In this document: positions 1 to 9,657 of the stretch, piece by piece
How positions within the stretch are numbered: position 1 is the first letter of the stretch
How the letters are laid out: each line of letters starts with the position of its first letter
Assembly (NCBI GenBank): GCA_040386315.1
Contig: JAZKFS010000020.1
Location: forward strand, 4,620 to 68,619
Direction of reading: 5' to 3'
Origin: Bacteroidota bacterium
GTDB taxonomy: Bacteria; Bacteroidota; Ignavibacteria; Kapaibacteriales; DASPKH01
DNA: 64,000 nucleotides
The notes under the pieces: model-generated
Databases searched by the model: none
The model's input: the letters and a program-made list of their open reading frames with translations, nothing else
What the model was told of the DNA's origin: nothing
Made by a program: the position numbers and the translations under genes

Positions 1-1660
1 TGCCTGTATTATTACGGAAGGTAAAATGAACAGTTTTTTTCTTTTCACTTGCTACTGATAGAACTTTATCCGACGATTTATCACGATAAGCAATTCCTGC
101 AATATCCGAAGGATAGGTAAGTGTTGCTGGCTGTGACATCATAATATAATATCCGTTTCCCGCTCTCATTGAATCAAGCGCTTTTATGCCGAGCGCAGGC
201 CAATATACTTTTCCGTCATTATCCCGCGCCGCTACCAATGCTGTAGAAATTCCGCCAAGCGCACTTGCAATATCAATATTCGACCTGCGCAAATACGAAA
301 CAAGATTCCAACCCTTTTCAAGTGAAAGTCCTGTTGCTTCAGGAATTGATTTTAAACCGCGAATAGGCAATGCACTTCCTGCCAACATATATGCCTGATA
401 ACCATGCTGAAAATTCCATCCTCCAATTTCATTAATTCCAAGCGACGGCCAGTAAATATCACCCGCTCCATTTTTCATAAGTAAAAGCGATGGTTGGATT
501 GTCGCCGTAATTACATCAAGATTTGTTGTTTCGGGCAGGACATAGCTTGAAAAAGTATTCCATCCGGCATTTAAAGAAAGCGTTTGTGTCATATTTACGC
601 GAACGCCAAGCGAGCTGAGAACATACACATTATTTTTTGAGTAAAGCGCTGAGCCGCTTTGATATGTAGCAAGTGCATTGTAGCTTGTTCCGGTTTCCCC
701 ATCCCAAACCTTGTAAAGTAAAGTATCTCCCGGCGCAAATCCGTCTTTAATTGTGGTCTGGTCATTATCGCCCCAAACGGTCAGTGTGAGATTTTCACCT
801 TGCCACATGCCATAGCCACCGGAAATTGTATCTGCTCCGCTTACAAAGAAAACCCCGACAGCATCGCCTTTTGTAAGTAATCGCGTCCCAGTACTTGGCT
901 TGATAGCTTTAGGAATTGCAATAGTTGCGCTATTTCCTGTATTTGATGTGAAATTCCAAGTATCTGGTGGTGCAGCTGAAACTAAGCCATTTAATGTGAT
1001 AATGATTGAATCTGACAAGCAATTTACATTATATGTTCGTAAAACTAAATTAGCAGTATAGCTACCTGGATTTTGTGCAGTGAATTGAATTTTAATACTA
1101 TCTTGAGGGGAGGTAGTAAGAGGAAATTTATCTTTATTGATAATTACAAATGGTGAAGCTGTTGAAACAGAGGTTATAGTAACTGGAATTCCAGACTGAG
1201 AAAGTTGTATTGTAGTATCAATAATTTGCGTAGAGGTTTTAGATAGATTTATCTGGTTAGGTAAAATCTGTCCATTCTCGGGTCTATACAAAACTACAGA
1301 CTCACATTTGACTACTAAAGCAAATGTGTCACCATTGCCAGTAGTTAATTTGAAAGTATGTAAAAATAAACCTGATGTTTGAGGAGTACACCCCACTGCT
1401 GATGAGATAGCTCCACCAGCGACCAAAACAGTATCGTCTAAACGTGCTTTATTCATTTGGAAGATGCCACTACTTTCAGGCGCGAAGTTTCTTATTGAAA
1501 GCGCACTTATCCCGAAGTTTTCAAAAGTAACAGCTAATACTTTTGAATTTCCTACACAAATTTTACCAAAATCTAATGTATCAGGATTAAAGCCTACCTG
1601 AGCCAAGGCAATATCAAATGAAAAAATGAGGAAAGCAAATAAGAATAAAATTCGCTTCAT
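1..1660 (-). CDS. secreted repetitive beta-rich protein, N-terminal ~553 aa; gene runs off the window start (C-terminus missing)
   Basis: Reverse-strand ATG at 1658-1660 gives MKRILFLFAFLIFSFDIALAQVGFNPDTLDFGKICVGNS, a clear signal peptide. I translated about 100 codons by hand with no stop. Absent from the ORF track because there is no stop codon inside the window. Confidence 0.6.
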   Translation of the reverse strand, partial: MKRILFLFAFLIFSFDIALAQVGFNPDTLDFGKICVGNSKVLAVTFENFGISALSIRNFAPESSGIFQMNKARLDDTVLVAGGAISSAVGCTPQTSGLFLHTFKLTTGNGDTFALVVKCESVVLYRPENGQILPNQINLSKTSTQIIDTTIQLSQSGIPVTITSVSTASPFVIINKDKFPLTTSPQDSIKIQFTAQNPGSYTANLVLRTYNVNCLSDSIIITLNGLVSAAPPDTWNFTSNTGNSATIAIPKAIKPSTGTRLLTKGDAVGVFFVSGADTISGGYGMWQGENLTLTVWGDNDQTTIKDGFAPGDTLLYKVWDGETGTSYNALATYQSGSALYSKNNVYVLSSLGVRVNMTQTLSLNAGWNTFSSYVLPETTNLDVITATIQPSLLLMKNGAGDIYWPSLGINEIGGWNFQHGYQAYMLAGSALPIRGLKSIPEATGLSLEKGWNLVSYLRRSNIDIASALGGISTALVAARDNDGKVYWPALGIKALDSMRAGNGYYIMMSQPATLTYPSDIAGIAYRDKSSDKVLSVASEKKKTVHFTFRNNTG

Positions 1661-1749
1661 TAGTAGCTCCGGGGTTGTTTTATTATCGTTTAGGTATTCC
1701 TGAAAATTAAGAAATAATTTTTCATTTAAATATCAATTCTTTTAAAAAC

Positions 1750-2565
1750 CTACTTCATCTTCAAAAGATACGTCGCCTCAAGCGCAAGGATTTCCTTCAC
1801 GCCGGGAATGCTTTTCAAAGGAGTGAGCGGAATGGCGGGCAGCCCGAACTTCATTTTAAAAACCGGGCGCAGCAGGTAATAATCTTCGCGCACAATATCG
1901 TAACCCGCCGAGCGCGCCGCTTTTAAAAACTTCCCCGCCGACAGGCGAATTCTTTTTAAACGATGCACTTCCTCCTTATCCACCTCATGCGCATCGCCCG
2001 AATCCACAATCGCGCTGAAAAACGGTTCCGGCAGCAGGTGCACATACGGCAGCTTGCCGAGCGCATTTTTTAAAATGTGCTGATGCCCGCCATAGGGCGA
2101 ATTATACGGCGGAAACGTCACGAGCAGGTGCCCGCCGGGTTTCAGCACCTTGCGGATATTGCGGATGGCCAGCTCCGCGTCGTCCAGGTGCTCTATCACA
2201 TCACGCAAAATCGCCAGGTCAAACGCATTCCGCCAGTGCCCCTTCGGCTCCGCACCTAAAATATCATGCTCGCTGAATTCAATGCCAAGCCCGAGCTTAT
2301 TGCTAATCTGCTGCCCGATGCCGATGCGGTACGTCGCAATATCCGTTCCCGCCGTCAGCCCCGCACCCGCCTCTTTAAAAGCCATCAGAACGCCGCCTTC
2401 CGCCGCGCCGATTTCCACCACCGCGTCCCCGCTTTTAAAGCCGCCATGCTGCCGCACATACGGCACCAGCACATCGCGCCCCAGCTGAAACTGATAGCCC
2501 CAGTAATATTTGTCATTTGACGTAATATCGGGCGCCGCGTTGATTGTTTGTAATATATCGGGCAT
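1750..2565 (-). CDS. class I SAM-dependent methyltransferase
   Basis: Motif I VVEIGAAEGGVLMAF, LKPGGHLLVTFPPY post-motif, 271 aa. Last gene of the glycosyltransferase operon. Confidence 0.8.
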   Translation of the reverse strand: MPDILQTINAAPDITSNDKYYWGYQFQLGRDVLVPYVRQHGGFKSGDAVVEIGAAEGGVLMAFKEAGAGLTAGTDIATYRIGIGQQISNKLGLGIEFSEHDILGAEPKGHWRNAFDLAILRDVIEHLDDAELAIRNIRKVLKPGGHLLVTFPPYNSPYGGHQHILKNALGKLPYVHLLPEPFFSAIVDSGDAHEVDKEEVHRLKRIRLSAGKFLKAARSAGYDIVREDYYLLRPVFKMKFGLPAIPLTPLKSIPGVKEILALEATYLLKMK

Positions 2566-2613
2566 TGTTGTTTTTAAAATTCTATTTTTTAAATGCTTTT
2601 AAAAAGTATTGTC

Positions 2614-2632
2614 ATTCCGGCTTGTCCGGAAT
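2614..2632. repeat. perfect hairpin ATTCCGG-cttgt-CCGGAAT belonging to the GTCATTCC...GGAATC palindromic family
   Basis: seen directly; shares its arms with the TIRs of the adjacent element. Confidence 0.6.
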
Positions 2633-2680
2633 CTTTCTTCAATCGTGAGCAATTCGCGTCAAATCAATTCTTTTTTACGT

Positions 2681-2825
2681 CTGTCATTCCCCTGAAAAGG
2701 GGAATCAACGACAGTTAGACGCGCCAAGTTATAATATTCGTTTTAAAACCGGCACTTTTAGAAGATGTATTGCACTATTTTCCAACTTCTTCTAGCGTTG
2801 ATTCCCCTTTTCAGGGGAATGACAG
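2681..2825. repeat. MITE-like palindromic element with perfect 30-bp terminal inverted repeats
   Basis: 2681-2710 CTGTCATTCCCCTGAAAAGGGGAATCAACG is the exact reverse complement of 2796-2825. Each TIR contains an internal hairpin (ATTCCCC/GGGGAAT). The ~85-bp core is non-coding. Confidence 0.7.
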
Positions 2826-2852
2826 TTTTATTATGAAGAAGTTTTAAAAGCC

Positions 2853-4052
2853 CTAACTCTTCGCTAAAATCTCTTTAAAAATTCCACCGATCTTTGAAAA
2901 ATCATTCGACTCCTTCGCCTCGCGCGCACCTTTTTTAAAAGCTTCAATATTGGAATTTTTAAAAAAGTCAATCAGCGCCTGCGCGAATTTTTCAACATCA
3001 TGCGGCGGAACAACAATCCCCGCACCCGTTTTTAAAACCTCTTCCGCCAGTCCACCAACATCTGTTGCCACAACCGGTTTTTCAAAACCGAAAGCGATTT
3101 TCACAATGCCGGACTGCGTTGCGGAAATATACGGCAGCGCAACGACGTCCGCCGCCGTGTAGTAGAGCGGAATATCCTCATTCGGCACGTACTCGTTTAT
3201 CATCGTGATGGAAGCTTCAGTGCCGCTCTGTTTAATGAGCGCGTGATATTCTTCCACATTTTCGTACGACTCACCAACGATGAGCAGATGTGCGTCTGGC
3301 ACCTTTTTTAAAACCGCCGGAAACGCCGCAATCAGGTCGCGCAAACCTTTGTACTTGCGAATATAACCGAAAAAAAGAATTACATTTTTGTTTTTTAAAA
3401 CGAGCTTTTCTTTCGCGCTTTCAGGCGTCCACGTTTGCGCGGCGTTTTCGCTTGTGTGAAAAAGCGGGAGCGTGGATTGCCAGATGGGTTTTCCGCCAAA
3501 CATACTTTTTAAAAAGTCGCGAACAGAATCGGACAGCGTGAGGAAAGCGTCGGCGTGGCGCAGCGCGATTTTCGTGAGGAAAGTATCAATGAAACGCGCT
3601 TCGTGGGAAATCACATTTTCCGTGATGAAAAGCACTTTTATTCCGGCCTTTTTTAAAATTCCCGCAATAATATTATACGCCATTCCGAAAAATGGCTGAT
3701 ACCAGTCAAAAGCAACAAGGTCAGGTTTTAAAAGCAGGATTTCGCGCGCAGTTTTGTACCACGTGAGGGGATTTATCGAGTCAATCGTGCGATGAACAGG
3801 ATGCGGTTTTGCCGGGACCTTGCTCACGTCTTCCTGCCGAACACCGGGGAAAAGCAATTGCGGATAAAGCCGCGTAAAGGAAAAAACCTCCACGTCGAAG
3901 TCTTTTACAAGCTGTTCGTAGAGGTTGCCGACGAAGAGTGCCGGGCCGCCGCGATACGGATACGCAGGGCCGACGATGACGATTTTCTTTTTAAAAGAAT
4001 CGTTTTTTAAAAGATCACTCATCGCTCTACAGAAGCTGATACCGAGCGGCAC
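2853..4052 (-). CDS. glycosyltransferase family 4 (GT-B, GT1/GT4-like)
   Basis: C-terminal ATDVGGLAEEV...GIVVPP motif typical of GT4; 399 aa; overlaps the next gene by 34 nt (operon). Confidence 0.8.
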   Translation of the reverse strand: MPLGISFCRAMSDLLKNDSFKKKIVIVGPAYPYRGGPALFVGNLYEQLVKDFDVEVFSFTRLYPQLLFPGVRQEDVSKVPAKPHPVHRTIDSINPLTWYKTAREILLLKPDLVAFDWYQPFFGMAYNIIAGILKKAGIKVLFITENVISHEARFIDTFLTKIALRHADAFLTLSDSVRDFLKSMFGGKPIWQSTLPLFHTSENAAQTWTPESAKEKLVLKNKNVILFFGYIRKYKGLRDLIAAFPAVLKKVPDAHLLIVGESYENVEEYHALIKQSGTEASITMINEYVPNEDIPLYYTAADVVALPYISATQSGIVKIAFGFEKPVVATDVGGLAEEVLKTGAGIVVPPHDVEKFAQALIDFFKNSNIEAFKKGAREAKESNDFSKIGGIFKEILAKS

Positions 4053-5116
4053 ACAGCGTCAAAAATCTGGTCTGTTCCGAGTGAATCCATGCACTGATAG
4101 CTTGGATTCGTACATTTCGGGCTGTAAAAGCAGTGACATGGGTTTTTCGGCTGGATGATCTCGCCGCGCCCGTACAATTCAAATTCGTAAGGATTAAAAA
4201 TATTATTGAATAGCACCAAGTGCTTTTTTAAAGCGATGGCGATGTGCATTGCCATTGTTACGCCCGAAACGATCACGTCGCACTCATTCATGAGTGAGAT
4301 GAATTGTGGCAGTGGGAATTGCCCTGCATAATAGGCGCCCGTTTCTTTTGAAAGATTTGTATTGAAATCGTGCTCATCCTTACCGCCGAGAAGTATTGGG
4401 CAAAAACCAGCCTTCTGGAGCTTTACGATAAGATCAGCCCAAGACTCGCGCGGCCAGAGACGGGAAATCCAGCGCTCACCGCAACCTGTATTTAAACCGA
4501 TAATTGGTCTTCCGCCGGAAGGAATGCGCCAGTCAATTTTTTCGACATCGCGAAGCAGATATTCTTCGCCTTTAAATTCCCAACCGCAAATCTCGAACGC
4601 TTCCTGAACGTATGATTTTTTATTATTCTGATTGATGTCATCGAAAATTCCAGTAACGAATTTATGTTCTGCACGCGCATCAACGGGCGATGGCTTTCCA
4701 TTTTTTAACGTAAAACCGATCTTTTCCGGCGCATCAAGCATTTTTAAAAGCGCGCATGCGGAAGCATCTTTATCAAGATTTATGATCGTATCAAATTCCG
4801 TTGCCCGCAGGACGAGAATTGACTCATCATTGAATTTTAAAGGACGGTGAACATTTTTTGGCAAAAACTCCGGCGTATGCGTTACCCACCAGATAGCGGC
4901 ATTCGGGTATTCCTGCTGGATTTTTAAAAGCAGCGGCGTTGTACGGATCACATCACCAATTGCCCCAAGTTTTATAATAAGAATAGATTTCTGCTGCGGC
5001 TTATAAAAACTACAACCGTCGCAATGCACACCATATTCCTTGTGCGGAGCGCATGGTATATCTCCGCGAAAATGCAGGCAGTTTTCATGAATCTTGATAT
5101 TATTTAATACCTGCAT
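4019..5116 (-). CDS. glycosyltransferase family 9 (heptosyltransferase-like) with N-terminal Cys-rich segment
   Basis: ILIIKLGAIGDVIRTTPLL motif characteristic of the GT9 (RfaF/WaaC) family; 365 aa. Confidence 0.75.
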   Translation of the reverse strand: MQVLNNIKIHENCLHFRGDIPCAPHKEYGVHCDGCSFYKPQQKSILIIKLGAIGDVIRTTPLLLKIQQEYPNAAIWWVTHTPEFLPKNVHRPLKFNDESILVLRATEFDTIINLDKDASACALLKMLDAPEKIGFTLKNGKPSPVDARAEHKFVTGIFDDINQNNKKSYVQEAFEICGWEFKGEEYLLRDVEKIDWRIPSGGRPIIGLNTGCGERWISRLWPRESWADLIVKLQKAGFCPILLGGKDEHDFNTNLSKETGAYYAGQFPLPQFISLMNECDVIVSGVTMAMHIAIALKKHLVLFNNIFNPYEFELYGRGEIIQPKNPCHCFYSPKCTNPSYQCMDSLGTDQIFDAVCRSVSASVER

Positions 5117-5119
5117 ATT

Positions 5120-5911
5120 TTAAAACCTGTATTGTAGTAAAAAGGAAACAAGCATATTGTGGATATACCCTTCGTGATCATCTGGATATGGTAGTGGAGC
5201 TTCGCTATTGTCAGGAGTAAAGAGTTCACCTCGCGCGTGATCGCGGCCGATTAGATTGACTATGCCATATCCGGCACTAAAATTAACATAAATCGGGTCG
5301 GAAATTTCACCATCTATACCAAGGCGTACAGCGCCGCCAAGACGGAAGGCGTCCGGTTTTTTCTCTCCATGTCCTATATCTAAAACTATATTATCGCCCA
5401 ATCGAACCCAGCGAAAATCAAACTGCTTGGCAATAATAAAGGCTCCTCTGGCTTCTATACCTGCATATATCCGCGCATCTCCGGGTGGATACTCTAAGAA
5501 CGCATATTCTGTACCAAGTACAAGTGTCGGCATATCTACAGGATATTTAATAAAGTATGTGGACGCGGCGAGTTGGATACGCTGTACACCACGCAGGAAA
5601 TAATAATCCAGGCCGGTGGTTATTCTCAGCTTTCTCTTAGTATCTATGCCGTACAGCATCCTTAACGATAACCCTACCTGCTGGCCGTCAAATCCCGCCC
5701 CGGGCACTTCGCCTTCCTGATGCGGCACGATATTTTCAAGTGCGGCATTCTCGTTCACGATCCACATAGTCGTCAGACCGCCGGTAAGCTGGAAATTCCG
5801 GTTGGTCTGCGCTTTTAAAGGTATAGACAAAAGCGCTATAAAAATAACGGCAAATGCGGTTTTATACAATCGTAATGCGATATGATCCATTATATTACTT
5901 TTTAAAAGCAC
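5120..5911 (-). CDS. outer-membrane beta-barrel protein (unknown function) embedded in the glycosyltransferase operon
   Basis: signal peptide, alternating amphipathic pattern, C-terminal ...LLQYRF aromatic terminus; 263 aa. Confidence 0.6.
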   Translation of the reverse strand: MLLKSNIMDHIALRLYKTAFAVIFIALLSIPLKAQTNRNFQLTGGLTTMWIVNENAALENIVPHQEGEVPGAGFDGQQVGLSLRMLYGIDTKRKLRITTGLDYYFLRGVQRIQLAASTYFIKYPVDMPTLVLGTEYAFLEYPPGDARIYAGIEARGAFIIAKQFDFRWVRLGDNIVLDIGHGEKKPDAFRLGGAVRLGIDGEISDPIYVNFSAGYGIVNLIGRDHARGELFTPDNSEAPLPYPDDHEGYIHNMLVSFLLQYRF

Positions 5912-5913
5912 AA

Positions 5914-7020
5914 TTAATACAGGCGTTCCTGGATGTTATATTTAAAATTCTGCATGGAATTTTTTACGATCAATTCCGCGATCAGGCCGATGGAAATAAG
6001 TTGTACTCCTACAATTATCAGGCCAATCCCAAAGATAGCTAACGGGCGATTGCTCAGATTCGTTTTTCCGAGCACCCACTCAATCGTCAGGTAAAGGTCA
6101 ATTAAAAACCCAATAAGCGCCAAAAGCGCTCCAACCGTCCCAAAAAGGTGAAGCGGACGCTTAGTGTATCGTGTGGTAAAAAGTACCGTCAGGAGGTCTA
6201 AAAATCCTTTTAAAAACCTGCTCGCGCCAAATTTAGAATGGCCGTGAATACGCGGATGATGCTGTACAGGGATTTCCGTTACTTTAAAACCATCCCAATG
6301 AGCAAGTGCGGGAAGGTAACGGTGCATCTCGCCATAAACCTGAAGTGATTTTACCACTTCACGGCGATAGCCTTTTAAACCACAGTTAAAATCATGCAGT
6401 TTTATACCGCTGGCTTTGGATGTTACCCAATTAAAAAATTTTGATGGGAGAGTTTTACTGATCGGATCATATCGTTTTTTCTTCCAACCCGATACCAGGT
6501 CATAACCGCTTTTTAAAGTTTCAAGCAGCGCAGGAATTTCAGCGGGATCATCCTGCAGGTCGGCATCCATTGTAATTACATATTTTCCGCGCGCATCTGC
6601 AAATCCAACCGCAAGCGCTGCGGATTTACCATAATTACGGCGAAACCTGATGGCTTTAAAACGTGGATTACGGCGGTTTAGATCACGAATTACCTGAAAT
6701 GAAGTATCGGTCGAACCATCATCAATGAATAACACTTCCCACGCATTTTGCGCAACTACCTGAAGCTGCGTTTCAAGGCGCGCGGCAAGCTCCGGCAGTG
6801 AGCCCTCTTCGTTTAAAAGTGGAATTACTACTGAAATATAGATTGGCTCCGGCCTGTCATTGCGTTGTTGCTGCTCGCGAGGCTTTTTAAAAGGCTTATC
6901 GGGGTAGCGGCGCTCACGCGGTGCTCCGCCTGTCTGGTTTTCCTTAGCGGCAGGAGGTGTAAACGCCTGTGCTTTTCTTTTTTCCTGTGATCTATGTGGC
7001 TCTGTTTGATCGTGTGGCAA
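5914..7020 (-). CDS. GT2 polyprenyl-phosphate glycosyltransferase (DPM1/ArnC/GtrB-like) with ~65-aa basic disordered N-terminal extension
   Basis: SVVIPLLNEEGS...FIDDGSTDT...ITMDADLQDDP GT2 motifs plus C-terminal TM helices. The true start may lie downstream of the annotated Met. Confidence 0.8.
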   Translation of the reverse strand: MPHDQTEPHRSQEKRKAQAFTPPAAKENQTGGAPRERRYPDKPFKKPREQQQRNDRPEPIYISVVIPLLNEEGSLPELAARLETQLQVVAQNAWEVLFIDDGSTDTSFQVIRDLNRRNPRFKAIRFRRNYGKSAALAVGFADARGKYVITMDADLQDDPAEIPALLETLKSGYDLVSGWKKKRYDPISKTLPSKFFNWVTSKASGIKLHDFNCGLKGYRREVVKSLQVYGEMHRYLPALAHWDGFKVTEIPVQHHPRIHGHSKFGASRFLKGFLDLLTVLFTTRYTKRPLHLFGTVGALLALIGFLIDLYLTIEWVLGKTNLSNRPLAIFGIGLIIVGVQLISIGLIAELIVKNSMQNFKYNIQERLY

Positions 7021-7157
7021 ACTAAGCTTCTCCTTTTTAAAAACAATTTTTGTGCTTCGTAGCGCTGGCAGAAATTACTATTTAACGAAACTTTTCAAGC
7101 AATAATACTACAAATGTAATTTCAATTTACTACAAAATACAGATTTTATAGGTTTAA

Positions 7158-7195
7158 ACAAAAAAAGGTGGCCATTTCGACTACCTTTTTAAAAG
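7158..7195 (-). terminator. Rho-independent terminator of the 7203-9614 gene
   Basis: AAAAAGGT-ggccatttcgact-ACCTTTTT: an 8-bp stem flanked by A/T runs, 8 nt after the stop. Confidence 0.6.
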
Positions 7196-7202
7196 ATTTT
7201 CT

Positions 7203-9614
7203 TTATCCCAGCGCAGCTATTTCACTCAATTCATTGTGTGCAACTTCATGTGCAGTATAGAATTGCTGGCGGCTATCCAGTTCAAACGTTCCTGCATATT
7301 CATGTTCGTACGTAATATTCGGCGCCGTACCCGCTGCTACGAAAACCGCTCTCGCCTGAAGCTCAACTTTTTCGCCTGTATCTACGTAGCGCGCATCTTC
7401 CCGTTTTTGATGCCTTTCAAAAACCACGCTTTCTACTGCACCATACTGATCTAATTTTGCCTCGTACGGAGAGAGATTTTCCGCAATGTAAATTCCTTCG
7501 CGAAGCGCTTCAATTACTTCTTCATGATTTAAACGATAGGCCGGAGAGTCCTGTAGCATTTTTCGATACACTAGTGTAACGCCGCCCCATTGATTTAAAA
7601 GCGGGAGAAAATTCGGTTTTTCACCTGCGGCTACTGCGCGTTCACGTTCCTGCTGGATCAGCTTTCCATGTTCGTAAAACCGCTTTCCGATAACTAATTC
7701 TTCTTCATCATACATTTTCCAGAACTCATCTTCGCCCATCTGCTCTTTTAAAAGATCAGCGCGTTCTGCAAATTTTTCCACCTGGACCGGGTAATATGCG
7801 AGCGTTTCCGTTGCAGTATCGGTACCGGTCAGTCCGCCACCGATCACGATTGCCGGGAGTTGAACCTGGAGATTTGCCAAAGAATCTTTCTTTGCAGCGC
7901 CGGTTAATTGCAGCGCCATCAGAAAATCCGACGCTTTGCGAATTCCGCGGCTGATATTATTTTTCATGGAAATGATCGTCGGGCGTCCTGCTCCTGCTGC
8001 CAGGGCTATATGGTCAAATCCCATTTCCCACGCATCTTCTATCAGCATCGTTCCGCCAAAACGGACTCCATCGAGGATTTTAAAAGAATTACGGCGCTCT
8101 AAAATTAAATGTAAGACTGTAAGAAAATTCTTATCCCACCTCACTGTAATTCCATATTCACTTACACCACCAAAACCTTCCAAAACACGCTCGTCCAATG
8201 GACGCTCGATCTCTTTTGAAAAATCGTACACCGGCTCTGAAATATCCCGTTCCAGAATATCTTTTAAAGCTTCTACTTTTAAACCTTCCACGCCAACAAC
8301 GGCGAAACCTTCATTTAAAAGATGATTACATAACGTATATCCGGCAGGGCCTAACCCAACAACGAGAACCTTCTTTCCATTATACGGAATCGGCGCCGGA
8401 CGTTCGATCTTTAAAGGATTCCACCGAGTCAGCAGTGCGTAAATTTCAAAACCCCACGGCAGGCGAAGCACATCGGTCAGGATAGAGGTTTCCACCTTTG
8501 GAATATTCACCGGCTCCTGCTTTTGAAAAATGCACGCTTTCATACAATCATTGCAAATACGGTGTCCCGTTCCCGCGCACATCGGATTGTCAATTGCGAT
8601 CATCGCAAGCGCGCCGATGGAGAAGCCTGTGCCTTTCAGCTTGTGCATTTCACTGATGCGCTCTTCCAGCGGACATCCCGTCAACTTAATGCCAAGCGGA
8701 TTCAGCTTCAATTCCCCTGTTTTTTCTTTTAAACCATGCGAGCACGAATCTTTCTCCCGCTCGTGGCAGATCAGGCAGTATTCAATTTCCTTCATGGATT
8801 CGCGCAGCGTACCGCGATTGTCCGTCAGTTTAAAACCGTCACGCCTGTGAAGTTTATGCTCCGGCCCGATCATGATTTCAGGAATTTTCGCATTCGCCCT
8901 TTCTACTTCCACAAGGTTTTCAAAATTCAGTTTTTCCGGCGCCCACGAACTCAACCAATTTTTAAAACTTTCCGGGTAAAGGAATCTTCGTAAGAAATAG
9001 TATTCCTCAAGCTGCGCTAATGCTTCTTTTGCTTTTTCGGTTACGGTATCTTTTTCCTGCGCGTCAGATTCAAAAGTTTTTAAAACATTCTCACGAAATC
9101 TGCCATTTACAGCATCCTGCATTTCCTCTACAACGGCAGCGAAGGCAAGCTCTTCATCATTATTCCACGGCAGGTTTTTAAAAGCTCCGGTTTGAAAATT
9201 CTGATAGAATTGCTCTAATTCTTTTAAACGTTCTTCTGTCTGAATTTGGGGAACATCCTTTTTACGGATCATTCCTTTTTTAACAAAATTCATTTTAAAA
9301 CGCATCACAAGCTGCTCATTGCTGAGCCGGCCATGCAGAATTTCCACTTCACCTTCGATTTTAAAAAGCTTTATGAGGAACATTTCCAAAGCTTTTCCGG
9401 CATTGATCAGGATTTCCGAGATCTGTGGTTGAGTCTTGCCCGCACCGGAATTCCCCCGATATTCATCAAAGTTTTTAAAACCATCGGGATCGATAGTATC
9501 ATAGAAAAGATTGAATTCTTTTAAAAGATCATGCAGGCGATAGGGATCATACAGATCCGAATATGTAAATCCTTCGATCCCCAGATTCTCTAATATTTGT
9601 TGTTCCTGATTCAT
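7203..9614 (-). CDS. large FAD/NAD(P)-binding oxidoreductase with Cys-rich Fe-S segment (GltD / PreT / YgfK-like)
   Basis: Cys cluster CLICHEREKDSCSHG...C..C..C. Two dinucleotide folds: VLVVGLGPAGYTLC and IVIGGGLTGTDTATE. 803 aa. Confidence 0.55.
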   Translation of the reverse strand: MNQEQQILENLGIEGFTYSDLYDPYRLHDLLKEFNLFYDTIDPDGFKNFDEYRGNSGAGKTQPQISEILINAGKALEMFLIKLFKIEGEVEILHGRLSNEQLVMRFKMNFVKKGMIRKKDVPQIQTEERLKELEQFYQNFQTGAFKNLPWNNDEELAFAAVVEEMQDAVNGRFRENVLKTFESDAQEKDTVTEKAKEALAQLEEYYFLRRFLYPESFKNWLSSWAPEKLNFENLVEVERANAKIPEIMIGPEHKLHRRDGFKLTDNRGTLRESMKEIEYCLICHEREKDSCSHGLKEKTGELKLNPLGIKLTGCPLEERISEMHKLKGTGFSIGALAMIAIDNPMCAGTGHRICNDCMKACIFQKQEPVNIPKVETSILTDVLRLPWGFEIYALLTRWNPLKIERPAPIPYNGKKVLVVGLGPAGYTLCNHLLNEGFAVVGVEGLKVEALKDILERDISEPVYDFSKEIERPLDERVLEGFGGVSEYGITVRWDKNFLTVLHLILERRNSFKILDGVRFGGTMLIEDAWEMGFDHIALAAGAGRPTIISMKNNISRGIRKASDFLMALQLTGAAKKDSLANLQVQLPAIVIGGGLTGTDTATETLAYYPVQVEKFAERADLLKEQMGEDEFWKMYDEEELVIGKRFYEHGKLIQQERERAVAAGEKPNFLPLLNQWGGVTLVYRKMLQDSPAYRLNHEEVIEALREGIYIAENLSPYEAKLDQYGAVESVVFERHQKREDARYVDTGEKVELQARAVFVAAGTAPNITYEHEYAGTFELDSRQQFYTAHEVAHNELSEIAALG

Positions 9615-9657
9615 CGTAACTATTTCTTTTAAAAACTTTTCCTTTTAAAAACTTCAA

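Noticed and set aside
186-398. 70-aa plus-strand ORF, and many other 60-160-aa ORFs in the six-frame track lying antisense to or nested in the large genes (e.g. 2077-2520, 25594-26172, 29065-29685, 37655-38454, 41091-41561)
   Set aside because: All are fully embedded in longer ORFs with strong homology on the other strand or frame. They show no signal peptides, ribosome-binding sites or conserved motifs. They are typical shadow ORFs.
1750-2565. FPPY in ...HLLVTFPPYNSPYGG resembles the (D/N/S)PPY motif IV of amino-methyltransferases, so this could be the DNA methyltransferase acting on TTTTAAAA
   Set aside because: The first position is Phe, not D/N/S. There is no target-recognition domain. 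It sits in a glycosyltransferase operon. It is most likely a small-molecule or sugar O-/N-methyltransferase. Kept only as a remote possibility.
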